Shown: positions 38,906 to 48,617 of the stretch, piece after piece
Position numbering within the stretch: the stretch's first letter is position 1
Layout: the number at the start of each line of letters is the position of its first letter
Assembly (NCBI GenBank): GCA_046758445.1
Contig: JBHIAE010000013.1
Location: 1-64,000 of the forward strand
Direction of reading: 5' to 3'
DNA: 64,000 nt
Origin: Candidatus Thorarchaeota archaeon
GTDB lineage: Archaea; Asgardarchaeota; Thorarchaeia; Thorarchaeales; Thorarchaeaceae
Position numbers and translations under genes: made by a program
The notes under the pieces: generated by a model
Database searches by the model: none
Seen by the model: the letters and a program-made list of their open reading frames with translations, nothing else
Told to the model about the DNA's origin: nothing

Positions 38906-40744
38906 GTGCAGAGAGTGAGCGGTGAAGATTGGTCAATTGACAAGTCAAGACTAGTATATGGTCTAAACCGCAATGACCTCCACTTTCTGGATATTGATGA
39001 GAACGGCCTCCTGAGTATTCGAATCGGAGAGAAGGTCATATCGGTTGAGGAAGTCATCAAGCGGATTGAAACACAGAACGGAGAGAAAGTAGGTTACACC
39101 TCCTCTTTCACTCTCAGGTTGCCTCAGCTCATCTCCTACCAAGTGAGGAAGCTGAGGTCAACCTTCATGAGAGTCATCAATGAGATGGACTACTCCGGCC
39201 GTTTTCTGGGGCTTTATCCAGTGAAGGTCAACCAACGTCAAGACTATGTTGTTCAGGTCCTTCGCACTGATTCTGACTACGGGCTTGAAGCTGGAACTAA
39301 GGCTGAGCTGTTCTTAATCAAGTCTGTTATTGCGAAAGAGAAACACAGATTGATAGTATGCAATGGAGCAAAAGATCCTGAGTATCTAGAGAACATCAAC
39401 GATTGTATCGAGGAAGGTTACAACATAGCGGTTTCAGTAGAATCGTTTCACGAGGCAAGGCTGATAGCTGATGTGATCAACTCGGAAAAAGCGAACTTGA
39501 TACTTCGGATCAAACCATACCTGACGGTAAGAGGACACTGGTCACATTCGGCTGGAAGAGATTCCAAGTTTGGGCTAAGCATTCATGACCTGCTCGATGT
39601 CGTGGGCTTCCTGAAGGAGAGAGGACTCCACGACCGAGTCTCCGCGATTCTCGGACACGTTGGCTCTCAGATTACTGCGATTGAGGACTTTCGCCTATTT
39701 GCTGTGTTTATGATCAGAGTCTACCAAGAGCTGAGGGAGATTGGACTATCAGGACTCGACACGATTGACTTTGGTGGAGGTCTCCCAATTGACTACACAA
39801 GTTCTCATCCCCCCGACCTCATGGAGCTATATGCCCGCTCGCTGATGACTGGAGTCCAAGAGGAACTCAAGAATTGGCCCGATAGCCTTGTACCAAACAT
39901 AATGATTGAGTCAGGTCGAGGTCTCACGGCTTTGGGTTCTCTGGTTGTAGTGAAGGCACTCGAGGTAAGATCAGTGTTTCCTGCTGGTCAAGAACAAGAA
40001 GTTGAGAAGACACTTGGCGACACCATCGCGGAGATTTCCGAGGCCTCCTCAGGTAGTGAGCTGCTAGAGATATGGAAGGAGTTCGATTACACGAGATCAG
40101 TCTTGGCTGAATCATTGAGCATTCTGAGAGAAAGGGAGAGAACTATTGGAATTGTCAGGGCAGAGATTCGTCGTCGGCTGGCTGAACTGGATACGACGGG
40201 TCTAGAAGCTCATGCTCTGATTGAGAACCTGTGGCATCCAGACCACATAGTGATTGGGAATTTCAGTGTCTTCAACAGTGCGTGCGACTATGTCTTGGTG
40301 GATCAACACTTCCCTATCTTCCCGATAAGGGACCTTCATGTTCGACCAGAAACCACGGTTAGGTTAGTGGACATCACCTGCGACTCCGACGGTGAGATAT
40401 CTCAGTTCCACAGAAAGGAAACTGATGAGATCTGGTTCACAAGAGACAACAGACCTCTAACAATGACAGTGGCGAGGATGGGCCAAGGCATCCCGGTAGG
40501 ATACTTGGAGAAGATCCAAGGGTCATACTTCGTTATTGCTCTCACCGGAGCTTATCAGGATGTCATAGAGATGGACCATAATCTCCTGGGAGACCTACCT
40601 GATGTGGAGCTTGTTCTGACAAAGGATATGAAATGGCAAGTAAGGTGGATAACAGGGGCTGAGAGCATGGAAGAGATCCTTGAAGAGATGGGATATGTCG
40701 GTTTCGACATCGACGAGGACCCTTACATGTCAGAGAAGGATTGA
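38906..40744 (+). CDS. speA: Biosynthetic (bacterial-type, PLP fold III) arginine decarboxylase
   Basis: YPVKVNQ (PLP Lys), GLEAGTKAEL, CNGAKD, SKFGL, HVGSQI, DFGGGL, ESGR, DITCDSDG, GAYQ..HNL. Confidence 0.9.
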   Translation: MQRVSGEDWSIDKSRLVYGLNRNDLHFLDIDENGLLSIRIGEKVISVEEVIKRIETQNGEKVGYTSSFTLRLPQLISYQVRKLRSTFMRVINEMDYSGRFLGLYPVKVNQRQDYVVQVLRTDSDYGLEAGTKAELFLIKSVIAKEKHRLIVCNGAKDPEYLENINDCIEEGYNIAVSVESFHEARLIADVINSEKANLILRIKPYLTVRGHWSHSAGRDSKFGLSIHDLLDVVGFLKERGLHDRVSAILGHVGSQITAIEDFRLFAVFMIRVYQELREIGLSGLDTIDFGGGLPIDYTSSHPPDLMELYARSLMTGVQEELKNWPDSLVPNIMIESGRGLTALGSLVVVKALEVRSVFPAGQEQEVEKTLGDTIAEISEASSGSELLEIWKEFDYTRSVLAESLSILRERERTIGIVRAEIRRRLAELDTTGLEAHALIENLWHPDHIVIGNFSVFNSACDYVLVDQHFPIFPIRDLHVRPETTVRLVDITCDSDGEISQFHRKETDEIWFTRDNRPLTMTVARMGQGIPVGYLEKIQGSYFVIALTGAYQDVIEMDHNLLGDLPDVELVLTKDMKWQVRWITGAESMEEILEEMGYVGFDIDEDPYMSEKD

Positions 40745-40849
40745 TTGGAGAGATTTCGAGTATAAGGACGTGACTCAGGCTCAGATTACACTATAATCAC
40801 TGCAATCCCAGAAACCATGTGCTCAAGCTTACAATGCCCTAGTGCAAGC

Positions 40850-41005
40850 CTAGCCTGACATCTCTTCTCCGGTCCACTCTTTGACCTGATTGTAGAGTTT
40901 GCGAATCTGGTCATAGTTCAGACGTGCCATTTTCTCCGAGATCCACTTCCTCATCATGTACGCATTCAGGTATTGTTCCCTCAGTCGCTTTGTTGCATTT
41001 GACAA
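40850..41005 (-). CDS. Small helical hypothetical protein
   Basis: Part of ORF 40850..41056; TTG 41005 start gives a 51-aa amphipathic protein. Confidence 0.4.
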   Translation of the reverse strand: MSNATKRLREQYLNAYMMRKWISEKMARLNYDQIRKLYNQVKEWTGEEMSG

Positions 41006-41307
41006 AGAAGCCGCCCTCCAGCGAGTTCCTTTAGTTGGGTTGCCCGCAGCTTGCACAATTCGCTAATAACCTTTTGCGAATGATTTTACTAGATTCGGAG
41101 GATGCGGATTTGGGGCTAATGTGATGGGATGAAGCTCCTGAGGCCGAGTCATGAATGAGGTTGTATGACAGCCTTGAGCGATTCCTGCCGCTGTTGTACC
41201 TCAAGATCAAGCTCCTGCACATAGCATCGTCGGAATACCGGTTTCCAATACCGACATTTAACACTGAGGCTTTGGCCACAAGGATGTGCCGGAGGACCAG
41301 CGCAGTA

Positions 41308-43956
41308 TCATCTTGTACTCTGGATGAACTGCCTCTGCTTCTTCTGCTGTTTCTCCCATTTCTTCCGTTCTGAGCGCAGCTGGAACAGGTCCACGTCCTT
41401 GAGAATCAGACTCTCTTTGGCCTTGGGTATGGTCCTCTCTGTTCGATCCTTCTCAGGAGAATGAGTGAATGAATCGCCAAACTCTGCAACGTTCGCAAAG
41501 AAGCAATAGGCATAGATCGACCTTCGAGCATCGAAATGAGCAGCGCGGAAATCTGCCGTTACCGGGGTAAACGCTGGATTGAGAACAATGTCCACGGGGG
41601 GTTCAGAGTTCTTCAACTCCACTCTGAGGTCCATGTCGAGAAAGTCTCGACAGATTGCTATCGCTATTCTTCCGAACTCTGTGTTGCATATGACTGTCTT
41701 TCGCGGGTAAACTTCAGTGTCTATTCCTTCATCGATTCTTTGACCCTCAATGTGAATGGTTGCAGGGATATGCTTCTCCTGTTCCCATAGAACCCCGTCA
41801 GGACCTACAACTCTGCTGACGTTCTGTTTCGCCTTATGTTCGTGGTAGGACCCTGGCACAATGTACATGCCGAACTGTTTGGCAAGATCTGTCACTTCTT
41901 TCTCTAGCTCACCATAGTTGAGGTCAATTGCCAGTTCCGGGAATAGCAGGAGGTCAACGCCTTCCGCATGGGCTCTTTCAATCATATCTCGAGTCTTCTT
42001 GCGAATTCCTTCAACCTGACCCTTCCGAGTCCTGAAGAGTCCTCTTTCCTTCTCCTCATACATCTCTCCAAGAATGTCGCCGCCTTGGGACAGTCCTATC
42101 TGGGCGATCCCTACTCTGAATCTGTCCCTCTCACTCTTCCCAGAGTCCGTAAGTAGGTCCAAGTGTGTCAGCCTGTATTCCTTTCTGGGTGCAGCCTCTC
42201 CTAGCGTCTTGCCATCTTGTTCTGCAAGGACAGAAACTGTCTTGCGAATCATTCGTTCAAGGAAAGAGTCCAGCTGCGTTAGATCAATCATCTCCTTCGC
42301 CGAGGGTTGCTCCCGCAAGATACTCTCCCACTTCTTGAGTTGGGATTGGAGCAACTCTCGTTCCTCGGCAACAGCTTGGGCAAGCTTCTCAAGACCTTTC
42401 TCCTCAGCAATGACGTGCGCCTGCGCCAGAAGGATCCTCGCTTGGTCAACGTCAAATTCCACGAGTGCAAGCTTTGATTGCAGTATGTAGGACTCAACCA
42501 GAAGCGTGTGTGAGGACTGTTCCTTCGCAATATCTAGAAGCTTCTGTGTCAATTTCTTCGTCTTCTCAAGAATCTCTTCTTCTCCTGTGAGCTTCAGTTC
42601 TAACAATAATAGGTCACAAAGATGAATCATGGCTGTAACAGTCAGAGAATGGTCAATAACATCCTCGGAAACCACGCGTTCTAGAATCTCCTCCGCCTTC
42701 ACACGTTCCCGAGTCCTCTTGCTCTTCTTTAGAGAGAGTGCTTTGGCAACACGGTACCGCAGGTCGATTATCCGATTGTCTACTCGCTCATTGATTTGTT
42801 CGAACCTCCGGAGATACTTGGCAGCTGATTCTCGATCATCAGAGTCCAGGGCAACCAGCACGATGTGGTACAGGGGTATGGCCGCATACGGATCATTCCC
42901 TGCCTCCTCATAGATTTCCAGACTCCGCTGATAATGCTGCATTGCCTGATCGAAGTCGTTCTTTCTCCAATGCACATACCCAATGTTGACAAGGGACAAT
43001 GCGATCTCCTGTTTATTGCCCAGCTCTTCTCTTGTCGCCAGACTTCGTTTGTGATACTCAAGTGCCTGGTCGAGGTCGCCCTTCCTCTGATAGGCACTAC
43101 CCAGGTTGTTTAGGGCAAGAGCAATCATGTGGTCAATGCCCAGCTCCTCGTAGGTTTTCAAGCTACGATGGTAGTGCTCCAACGCCTGATTCAGATTGCC
43201 TCCTGTTTGGTAAAGACTGCCGACGTTGAGGAGTGACATAGCAATTCCCTGTTTGTTCCCCAGCTCCTCCCGGATTCTCAAGCTTCGTCCGTGATACTCT
43301 AGTGCTCGACTTACGTCTCCTCTCAGTGCGTATACATTGCCCAGATTGTTGAATGACGAGGCGATGTCTGTCCTACTGCCAAGGTCCTCTCTGATTCTCA
43401 GACTCCGGTTGTGGTAATCTGCTGCAGTATCATAATCACCCTTGGACTGATAGACGAGAGCCAAATTGTTGAGCGAATCAGCGATGCCTCTCCTATTTCC
43501 TAGCTCTTCTCTAATTTCCAAGCTGCGCTGGTGGAACTCAAGGGCCTTCTCTAGACTGCCCTTATACCAATGAATGATGCCTGATTGAAGTAGAAGGTCG
43601 CCTTCTCTCCTCCTGAGTTCTCGTTCATCGATCTTCAGGGGTTCCTTTTGAATCTCTTCAAGTAGCCGTCGTGATTCTTCCACGGCCGCAAGTCCAGCGT
43701 CCATTCTCCCAGAGGACCAAGAGACCTCGGCCTTCCTCGTCAGGGCATCGATGAGCAATGCAGGATCTTCCATTTGGCGAGCGTCTTGGAGAGCTTCTTC
43801 TATCAGCGATTGTGCTCTCTCCAATTCTCCAATTCTGACCCTCAAACCGGTTTCAAGAAGCATGCAAGTGAGTTTCGCCTCACTGGACAGCCCCTTTCTC
43901 GCTGCTAGAGCATTCACAACTTTGAGCGCCTCTTTGTATTCCCCCTTGTCCAGCAT
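41308..43956 (-). CDS. TPR-repeat protein fused to C-terminal nitrilase/carbon-nitrogen hydrolase domain
   Basis: About 8 regular TPRs (ASSFNNLGNVY..GD...AL.YH.RSL.I.EELG); Glu-Lys-Cys triad motifs LFPE, QEKH, ICRDF. Confidence 0.85.
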   Translation of the reverse strand: MLDKGEYKEALKVVNALAARKGLSSEAKLTCMLLETGLRVRIGELERAQSLIEEALQDARQMEDPALLIDALTRKAEVSWSSGRMDAGLAAVEESRRLLEEIQKEPLKIDERELRRREGDLLLQSGIIHWYKGSLEKALEFHQRSLEIREELGNRRGIADSLNNLALVYQSKGDYDTAADYHNRSLRIREDLGSRTDIASSFNNLGNVYALRGDVSRALEYHGRSLRIREELGNKQGIAMSLLNVGSLYQTGGNLNQALEHYHRSLKTYEELGIDHMIALALNNLGSAYQRKGDLDQALEYHKRSLATREELGNKQEIALSLVNIGYVHWRKNDFDQAMQHYQRSLEIYEEAGNDPYAAIPLYHIVLVALDSDDRESAAKYLRRFEQINERVDNRIIDLRYRVAKALSLKKSKRTRERVKAEEILERVVSEDVIDHSLTVTAMIHLCDLLLLELKLTGEEEILEKTKKLTQKLLDIAKEQSSHTLLVESYILQSKLALVEFDVDQARILLAQAHVIAEEKGLEKLAQAVAEERELLQSQLKKWESILREQPSAKEMIDLTQLDSFLERMIRKTVSVLAEQDGKTLGEAAPRKEYRLTHLDLLTDSGKSERDRFRVGIAQIGLSQGGDILGEMYEEKERGLFRTRKGQVEGIRKKTRDMIERAHAEGVDLLLFPELAIDLNYGELEKEVTDLAKQFGMYIVPGSYHEHKAKQNVSRVVGPDGVLWEQEKHIPATIHIEGQRIDEGIDTEVYPRKTVICNTEFGRIAIAICRDFLDMDLRVELKNSEPPVDIVLNPAFTPVTADFRAAHFDARRSIYAYCFFANVAEFGDSFTHSPEKDRTERTIPKAKESLILKDVDLFQLRSERKKWEKQQKKQRQFIQSTR

Positions 43957-44226
43957 TAGTTCTACGCGGGACAGTTCTTCACGGGGTAAGTGTCAAGGCG
44001 TTTCTCTTCCTGAACCGTTCTGAATTTGATTGAGGCTCTGGTAGGACAGTTGTGATTCGGTTTCTGCCCACCAGACCACGACGGGAATACGCTCTGTATC
44101 AACAGGACTCCTCCGTCTAAAAGCATTTCCAGAAGGACGGTGAATAGAGGATTTCCCAGAGTCCGCAGCGATGAAGTTATAAGGAATTAACAATGGTTAT
44201 TTCACAATGGTGAGGTGAACGCCTCC

Positions 44227-44469
44227 ATGACAAGTGTTGAACCAGTGAAGACCCTTGATTGTTTGGGACTCTATTGCCCTCAACCGCTATTCCAAGCCAG
44301 AGAAGCAATAGACAGCATAGGACCAGGCGAGGTACTGGAGATGCTCGCCGATGACCCAGCTGCTGAAGAGGACATCAAACGATTCTGTAAACGGACTGGT
44401 CATGAGCTACTTAGCTTTGAACGATTGGAGGATGGCACCCAGAGATTCTTGATTAGAAGGAAGGAGTGA
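44227..44469 (+). CDS. tusA: TusA-family sulfur carrier
   Basis: LDCLGLYCPQP, DDPAA..DI. Confidence 0.9.
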   Translation: MTSVEPVKTLDCLGLYCPQPLFQAREAIDSIGPGEVLEMLADDPAAEEDIKRFCKRTGHELLSFERLEDGTQRFLIRRKE

Positions 44470-44476
44470 GTCATCA

Positions 44477-44830
44477 TTGAGTAGTATACTATACGTTCAG
44501 ACAAGTGACGACCCAGAACGTCAATACTCACCTCTAGTCCTAGCCCAAAGCGCGAAGGCGATGGACATCAAGGCTGAGATCTACTATCTCGGTCAGGGTC
44601 TTAGGATACTCCAGCCCGGAGCAGCCGAAAAGATCCAAGTTGGTGACTTTCCGAGTGTCGCTGAGATGCTTCAGAAGGCAATGGACATGGGCATTAAGGT
44701 ATACGTCTGCGAGGCTTCAAAGCAGATGCTTGGATGGGAAGAGGTCGAGCTTGTTGAAGGATGTGACATCGTTGGAGCGGCAACGCTCAACGATTTGGTC
44801 CTAGAGGCAGATGCGACAATGTGGTTCTAG
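44477..44830 (+). CDS. DsrE/DsrF-like sulfur relay protein
   Basis: VYVCEAS conserved Cys, IVGAAT; operonic with tusA and iscS. Confidence 0.82.
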   Translation: MSSILYVQTSDDPERQYSPLVLAQSAKAMDIKAEIYYLGQGLRILQPGAAEKIQVGDFPSVAEMLQKAMDMGIKVYVCEASKQMLGWEEVELVEGCDIVGAATLNDLVLEADATMWF

Positions 44831-44840
44831 GTGAGTACTG

Positions 44841-46019
44841 GTGGCCGAAGTCAGGGAGGTGTACCTCGACTATCAGAGCTCGAAGCCTGTCGACCCGCGC
44901 GTCATAGAGGGAATGATGCCATACTTCCATGAGCGCTTCGGCAATGCTTCAGCACTTCACCACGTGGGGGACGTGGCCACTGAGGCACTCGAAGAGAGCC
45001 GCCGTGTCATAGCCGAGTTCATAAACGCAGATGCAGACGAGATTGTCTTCACCTCTGGGGCAACTGAGGCGAACAATCTAGCCCTTATTGGATACGCCAT
45101 GCGACAGAAGCGCAAGGGCAATCACATCATAATCTCAGAGATCGAGCACATCTCTATTCGTAACATTGCCAAGTATCTTGAGCGAGAAGGGTTTGAAGTC
45201 ACGCGAGTTCCGGTGGACAAGTATGGACGTGTCGACCCTCGGAAGTTGGAACGGCGAATAAGAAACGAAACTATCCTGGTTTCAGTAGGCTATGCCAACA
45301 ATGAGATTGGCACGATTCAGCCCGTCGCAGAGACAGGGAAGTTGGCGGAAGAGCATGGGATTGGTTTTCATACCGATGCTGTGGCCGCAGAGGGTCTCAT
45401 TCCCATTGATGTCAAGCGTGACAAGATTCACCTGATGTCTCTATCGTCAAACGACTTCTATGGACCCAGAGGAGTTGGAGCTCTCTACATGAAGAAGCGT
45501 TATAGAGTAAATCCAATCCTGATTGGTGGAGGTCAGGAGAGGGGCCTAAGGTCTGGGACAGAAGATATAGCAGGCATCGTTGGCATGAAACTGGCTACAG
45601 AGATAATGAAGAAAGAGATGCCTAAGGAAGTAAAGCGACTCCAAGGGTATCGCGACAGACTAATCAAGACAATCCTGGAGGAGATTCCTGATAGCCACCT
45701 CAATGGTCATCCCACCGAGAGACTGGCAAGCAACGCGCACTTCAGATTCGATGGCGTCGAGGGCGAAGCGCTCATGCTGTCCTTCAAAGACAAAGGAATC
45801 TCAGTTTCTACGGGCTCTGCATGCACATCCAAGACTCTAGAACCGTCACACACTCTGATTGCTACTGGGCTCATTCACGAGGAGGCCCATGGGTCACTTC
45901 AGTTGACACCTGGAAGATTCAATATAGATGAGGACATTGACCGCGCCCTCGAGGTAGTACCAGAAGTGGTGTCACGGATTCGAAAACTGTCTCCAATCTA
46001 CAAACCAAAGGCAAGTTGA
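44841..46019 (+). CDS. iscS: IscS/NifS-family protein with PLP-lysine replaced by Asp
   Basis: FTSGATEANN, NNEIGTIQP, GGGQERGLRSGT, STGSACTS; SSND in place of SxHK. Confidence 0.9.
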   Translation: MAEVREVYLDYQSSKPVDPRVIEGMMPYFHERFGNASALHHVGDVATEALEESRRVIAEFINADADEIVFTSGATEANNLALIGYAMRQKRKGNHIIISEIEHISIRNIAKYLEREGFEVTRVPVDKYGRVDPRKLERRIRNETILVSVGYANNEIGTIQPVAETGKLAEEHGIGFHTDAVAAEGLIPIDVKRDKIHLMSLSSNDFYGPRGVGALYMKKRYRVNPILIGGGQERGLRSGTEDIAGIVGMKLATEIMKKEMPKEVKRLQGYRDRLIKTILEEIPDSHLNGHPTERLASNAHFRFDGVEGEALMLSFKDKGISVSTGSACTSKTLEPSHTLIATGLIHEEAHGSLQLTPGRFNIDEDIDRALEVVPEVVSRIRKLSPIYKPKAS

Positions 46020-46032
46020 TTCTCCTCACGAC

Positions 46033-47631
46033 TTAATCTGTTCCACGGAGGACTTCTTTGGGCATGGGTATCCCACGTTGTCTTGACAGAATAGAAAGAG
46101 TCAGCTGGGCGGCAGGACCAAGCTTTGAATACTCTATCATTAGCCGCTCAAGGGCATCAATCTTAGGTCGCCCCCTCCATTCAGGAGGATAGTCGTCCGC
46201 AAGAGGAATCCCAGAGGCTGTGCAAATCCTAGCCATGGTTTCTGGACCATGGATTGACTGTCCCCTGACTATGAGAGTATAGCCCAATTCCTCCAATGGA
46301 GTTGGACCAGTAAGCTTCAACGGACTGCTCCATATCGCATCAACTCGCGGCCATTTCTCGGCACTCAACAGTTCCAACCAGTAAGAGAACTCTTCGAATC
46401 CCCTCAGGTCATATGCATTGTAGCGGCCTATAATCCTCAAGGAGTAGGCCCTTGTCAGTCTCGTGACGAACGAATCCAACCTTTCTCGACCAAGAGCAGC
46501 TACAAACTGGGCCAGAATCCTCATCCATTCACCGAACAGAAGATTGAGTCTACCAACATCTAGATCTTCAAGCAACTTGAGGTCAAAATCAACAGCCCAC
46601 CTACCATCTTTCAAACGCAATTGTCCTAGCGTTTCAGGAGTGTCGCTGCTATTCATCACCGACCTTAGCGCGTTTGTTACCTCATTCACATGGAAAGTTT
46701 CCTCGGCCTCACGAAGTGCTATGTCAAGTGCCTCCTTGACCAGAAGGATGCGCCTTTTCTCAGGAGAGAGTGCCTCAATGACATCTGCCTCAAGGAGGTA
46801 GTCCATTACTCTCAATAGCTCTGTTTCGTCATATTGCCGTCCGAGTTCAGCGAGTATCTCTCTGACAGTCTGACGTCCGTCTATGAGTCCAGCCAGACGC
46901 GGGATGACTCCAACCATCTCCGGGTGTAGACTTCGAAGATCTCTTGTTTCACTTGAGGTTGACTGTGCATATCTCAAGAATCGAGTCCTTGCGCTCATGA
47001 AATCATTGAAGTCAAGCATGTTGCGAAACCGGATGACCCGGTGCGCCCAAAGCTTGGACATCTCAAGTTTGGTCTCTCTCTCAGACAGCCCAGAGAGTTC
47101 CCGTATCTCCTTCACGCTTCTGGATCCGTCGATGAATTGCGCTATCGTACTTCCAGTTATCGCACCGTCATCAGGTTTGACTGCAAAGTATGGCACCCAT
47201 GAGTCCTGAAGAACCTCGAGAGAGAGCTTGCTCAGAACACTCTCCCCGAATGACTCCATGTATACCTCTACAAATGACGCGTGATATGCAAAGGGGTCGA
47301 TCACTTCGAGCCATTCAAACTCAAACTCCACCAGCAATGAATCAAGCACCTGTATGGTCTCCTGACTCAGGCGGTGAGCACCAACGGCTATCAGATTCGT
47401 AGTCACCCCATTGAACACTGTAAAGAGGCGGTCCCCGTAGTTGACCTGAAACACTCGTTCACTTTGCTGAAAGACCTCTCTTGAGAACATATCGATGGCA
47501 GCGAAGAAGCTTGACGCGAGGACCGGGTCCATATCGAATGCCAATGGATCGAGCTGCATGAAGAACTTGGGAATGCCACTCTTGTCCGCAATCAGTATCG
47601 CTTCTATGGCATGTCCTGTCACACGGTCCAC
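46033..47631 (-). CDS. Longin-domain protein with tandem winged helices (NPRL2-like)
   Basis: N-terminal longin pattern (ILIADKSGIP...LASSFFAAIDMFSREV); two IDGxxxVxEI wHTH repeats. Confidence 0.7.
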   Translation of the reverse strand: MDRVTGHAIEAILIADKSGIPKFFMQLDPLAFDMDPVLASSFFAAIDMFSREVFQQSERVFQVNYGDRLFTVFNGVTTNLIAVGAHRLSQETIQVLDSLLVEFEFEWLEVIDPFAYHASFVEVYMESFGESVLSKLSLEVLQDSWVPYFAVKPDDGAITGSTIAQFIDGSRSVKEIRELSGLSERETKLEMSKLWAHRVIRFRNMLDFNDFMSARTRFLRYAQSTSSETRDLRSLHPEMVGVIPRLAGLIDGRQTVREILAELGRQYDETELLRVMDYLLEADVIEALSPEKRRILLVKEALDIALREAEETFHVNEVTNALRSVMNSSDTPETLGQLRLKDGRWAVDFDLKLLEDLDVGRLNLLFGEWMRILAQFVAALGRERLDSFVTRLTRAYSLRIIGRYNAYDLRGFEEFSYWLELLSAEKWPRVDAIWSSPLKLTGPTPLEELGYTLIVRGQSIHGPETMARICTASGIPLADDYPPEWRGRPKIDALERLMIEYSKLGPAAQLTLSILSRQRGIPMPKEVLRGTD

Positions 47632-47789
47632 CCAATAGCTATCAAGGGGCTTGAGTGAATATTAGCCTTGTTTGGAGAGAGGGGTATCGATTCTCAACCT
47701 GATAGAGGAGTGGTTGCTGGTGGCCGAAAGAAGAAGGGGCTCCGTCGTGCCGAGGAAGGGCTCTAAATGTTCGAAAAGATAGATATTCA

Positions 47790-48275
47790 TTGACACGATA
47801 TGATTTGATTGACTCGCTCTTGAGAAGATTCACGTTAGGACGCAGGCATCTGATTGTAGTCATATTTCCAATTGTTATTGTCGTTATCGTTGCCTTTGCG
47901 CTTCATCCTTTGTATCTTGGAATAGGATTTGTAGCAGACACTGGTGGCTTCTGCTTTGTGAGTACACCATATGGACCAAATGATAATGTAACATACACAG
48001 TTGATTTTCATGAGGTAAAGTTCAAGTTTCTCTATTGGTATACTCCACCACACGCGTTTGACATTGGTTACACTGTGTATTTCAACATCAGATTCGAAGA
48101 CGGAACTACAGAAACGTTGACAGTTGCGACAGGATCATGGTGGTATACTCATGGAGGGCTCAAGCGGCCATTGTCAGGAACTGCTACTGAACACACATCT
48201 CCAACAGAAGGCATCCTTGTGGGTGACTACTTGGATAGTCCTCCAAGATGGCAGTTCACAGTTAGCTTCACTTAG
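47790..48275 (+). CDS. Membrane-anchored beta-rich hypothetical protein
   Basis: N-terminal TM helix followed by an aromatic/Thr-rich domain. Confidence 0.55.
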   Translation: MTRYDLIDSLLRRFTLGRRHLIVVIFPIVIVVIVAFALHPLYLGIGFVADTGGFCFVSTPYGPNDNVTYTVDFHEVKFKFLYWYTPPHAFDIGYTVYFNIRFEDGTTETLTVATGSWWYTHGGLKRPLSGTATEHTSPTEGILVGDYLDSPPRWQFTVSFT

Positions 48276-48493
48276 TGTGGATGTTTCTTGTCTGGCTTGT
48301 GCCACTTGGCTCCTTCATCGGCTACATCGACGCCTTCTTCCGTCCCAAGGGGAACGACTCGACCTTTGAGGGGACTGCAGACGATGAGGATTTAGACCTA
48401 ACTGCATCTAGACCAAGGAGGGACTATGTCCATCAGAACACCTTGGTAGCCTTCATGGATGAAACAGAGAGTCAGGCCCCTCCAGTCCTCTGA
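48275..48493 (+). CDS. Possible small membrane-anchored protein
   Basis: 72-aa ORF; start overlaps the upstream stop; hydrophobic N-terminus. Confidence 0.3.
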   Translation: MWMFLVWLVPLGSFIGYIDAFFRPKGNDSTFEGTADDEDLDLTASRPRRDYVHQNTLVAFMDETESQAPPVL

Positions 48494-48617
48494 GCGGAGC
48501 GTCATGGGGGAGCGGCGGGGACGAACTCGATTGGCAACGCATAGCTCAGCATTCATGTGGCAGAATTCGTAAGCTTTATACGCAATTAACAATAGTGCAT
48601 TCGTGTGGGAAACGTTA

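Noticed and set aside
42900-43560. Approximately 120-bp periodicity
   Set aside because: Explained by TPR coding repeats; not a CRISPR array
48495-48545. G-rich intergenic stretch before iscU
   Set aside because: No tRNA fold or convincing stem
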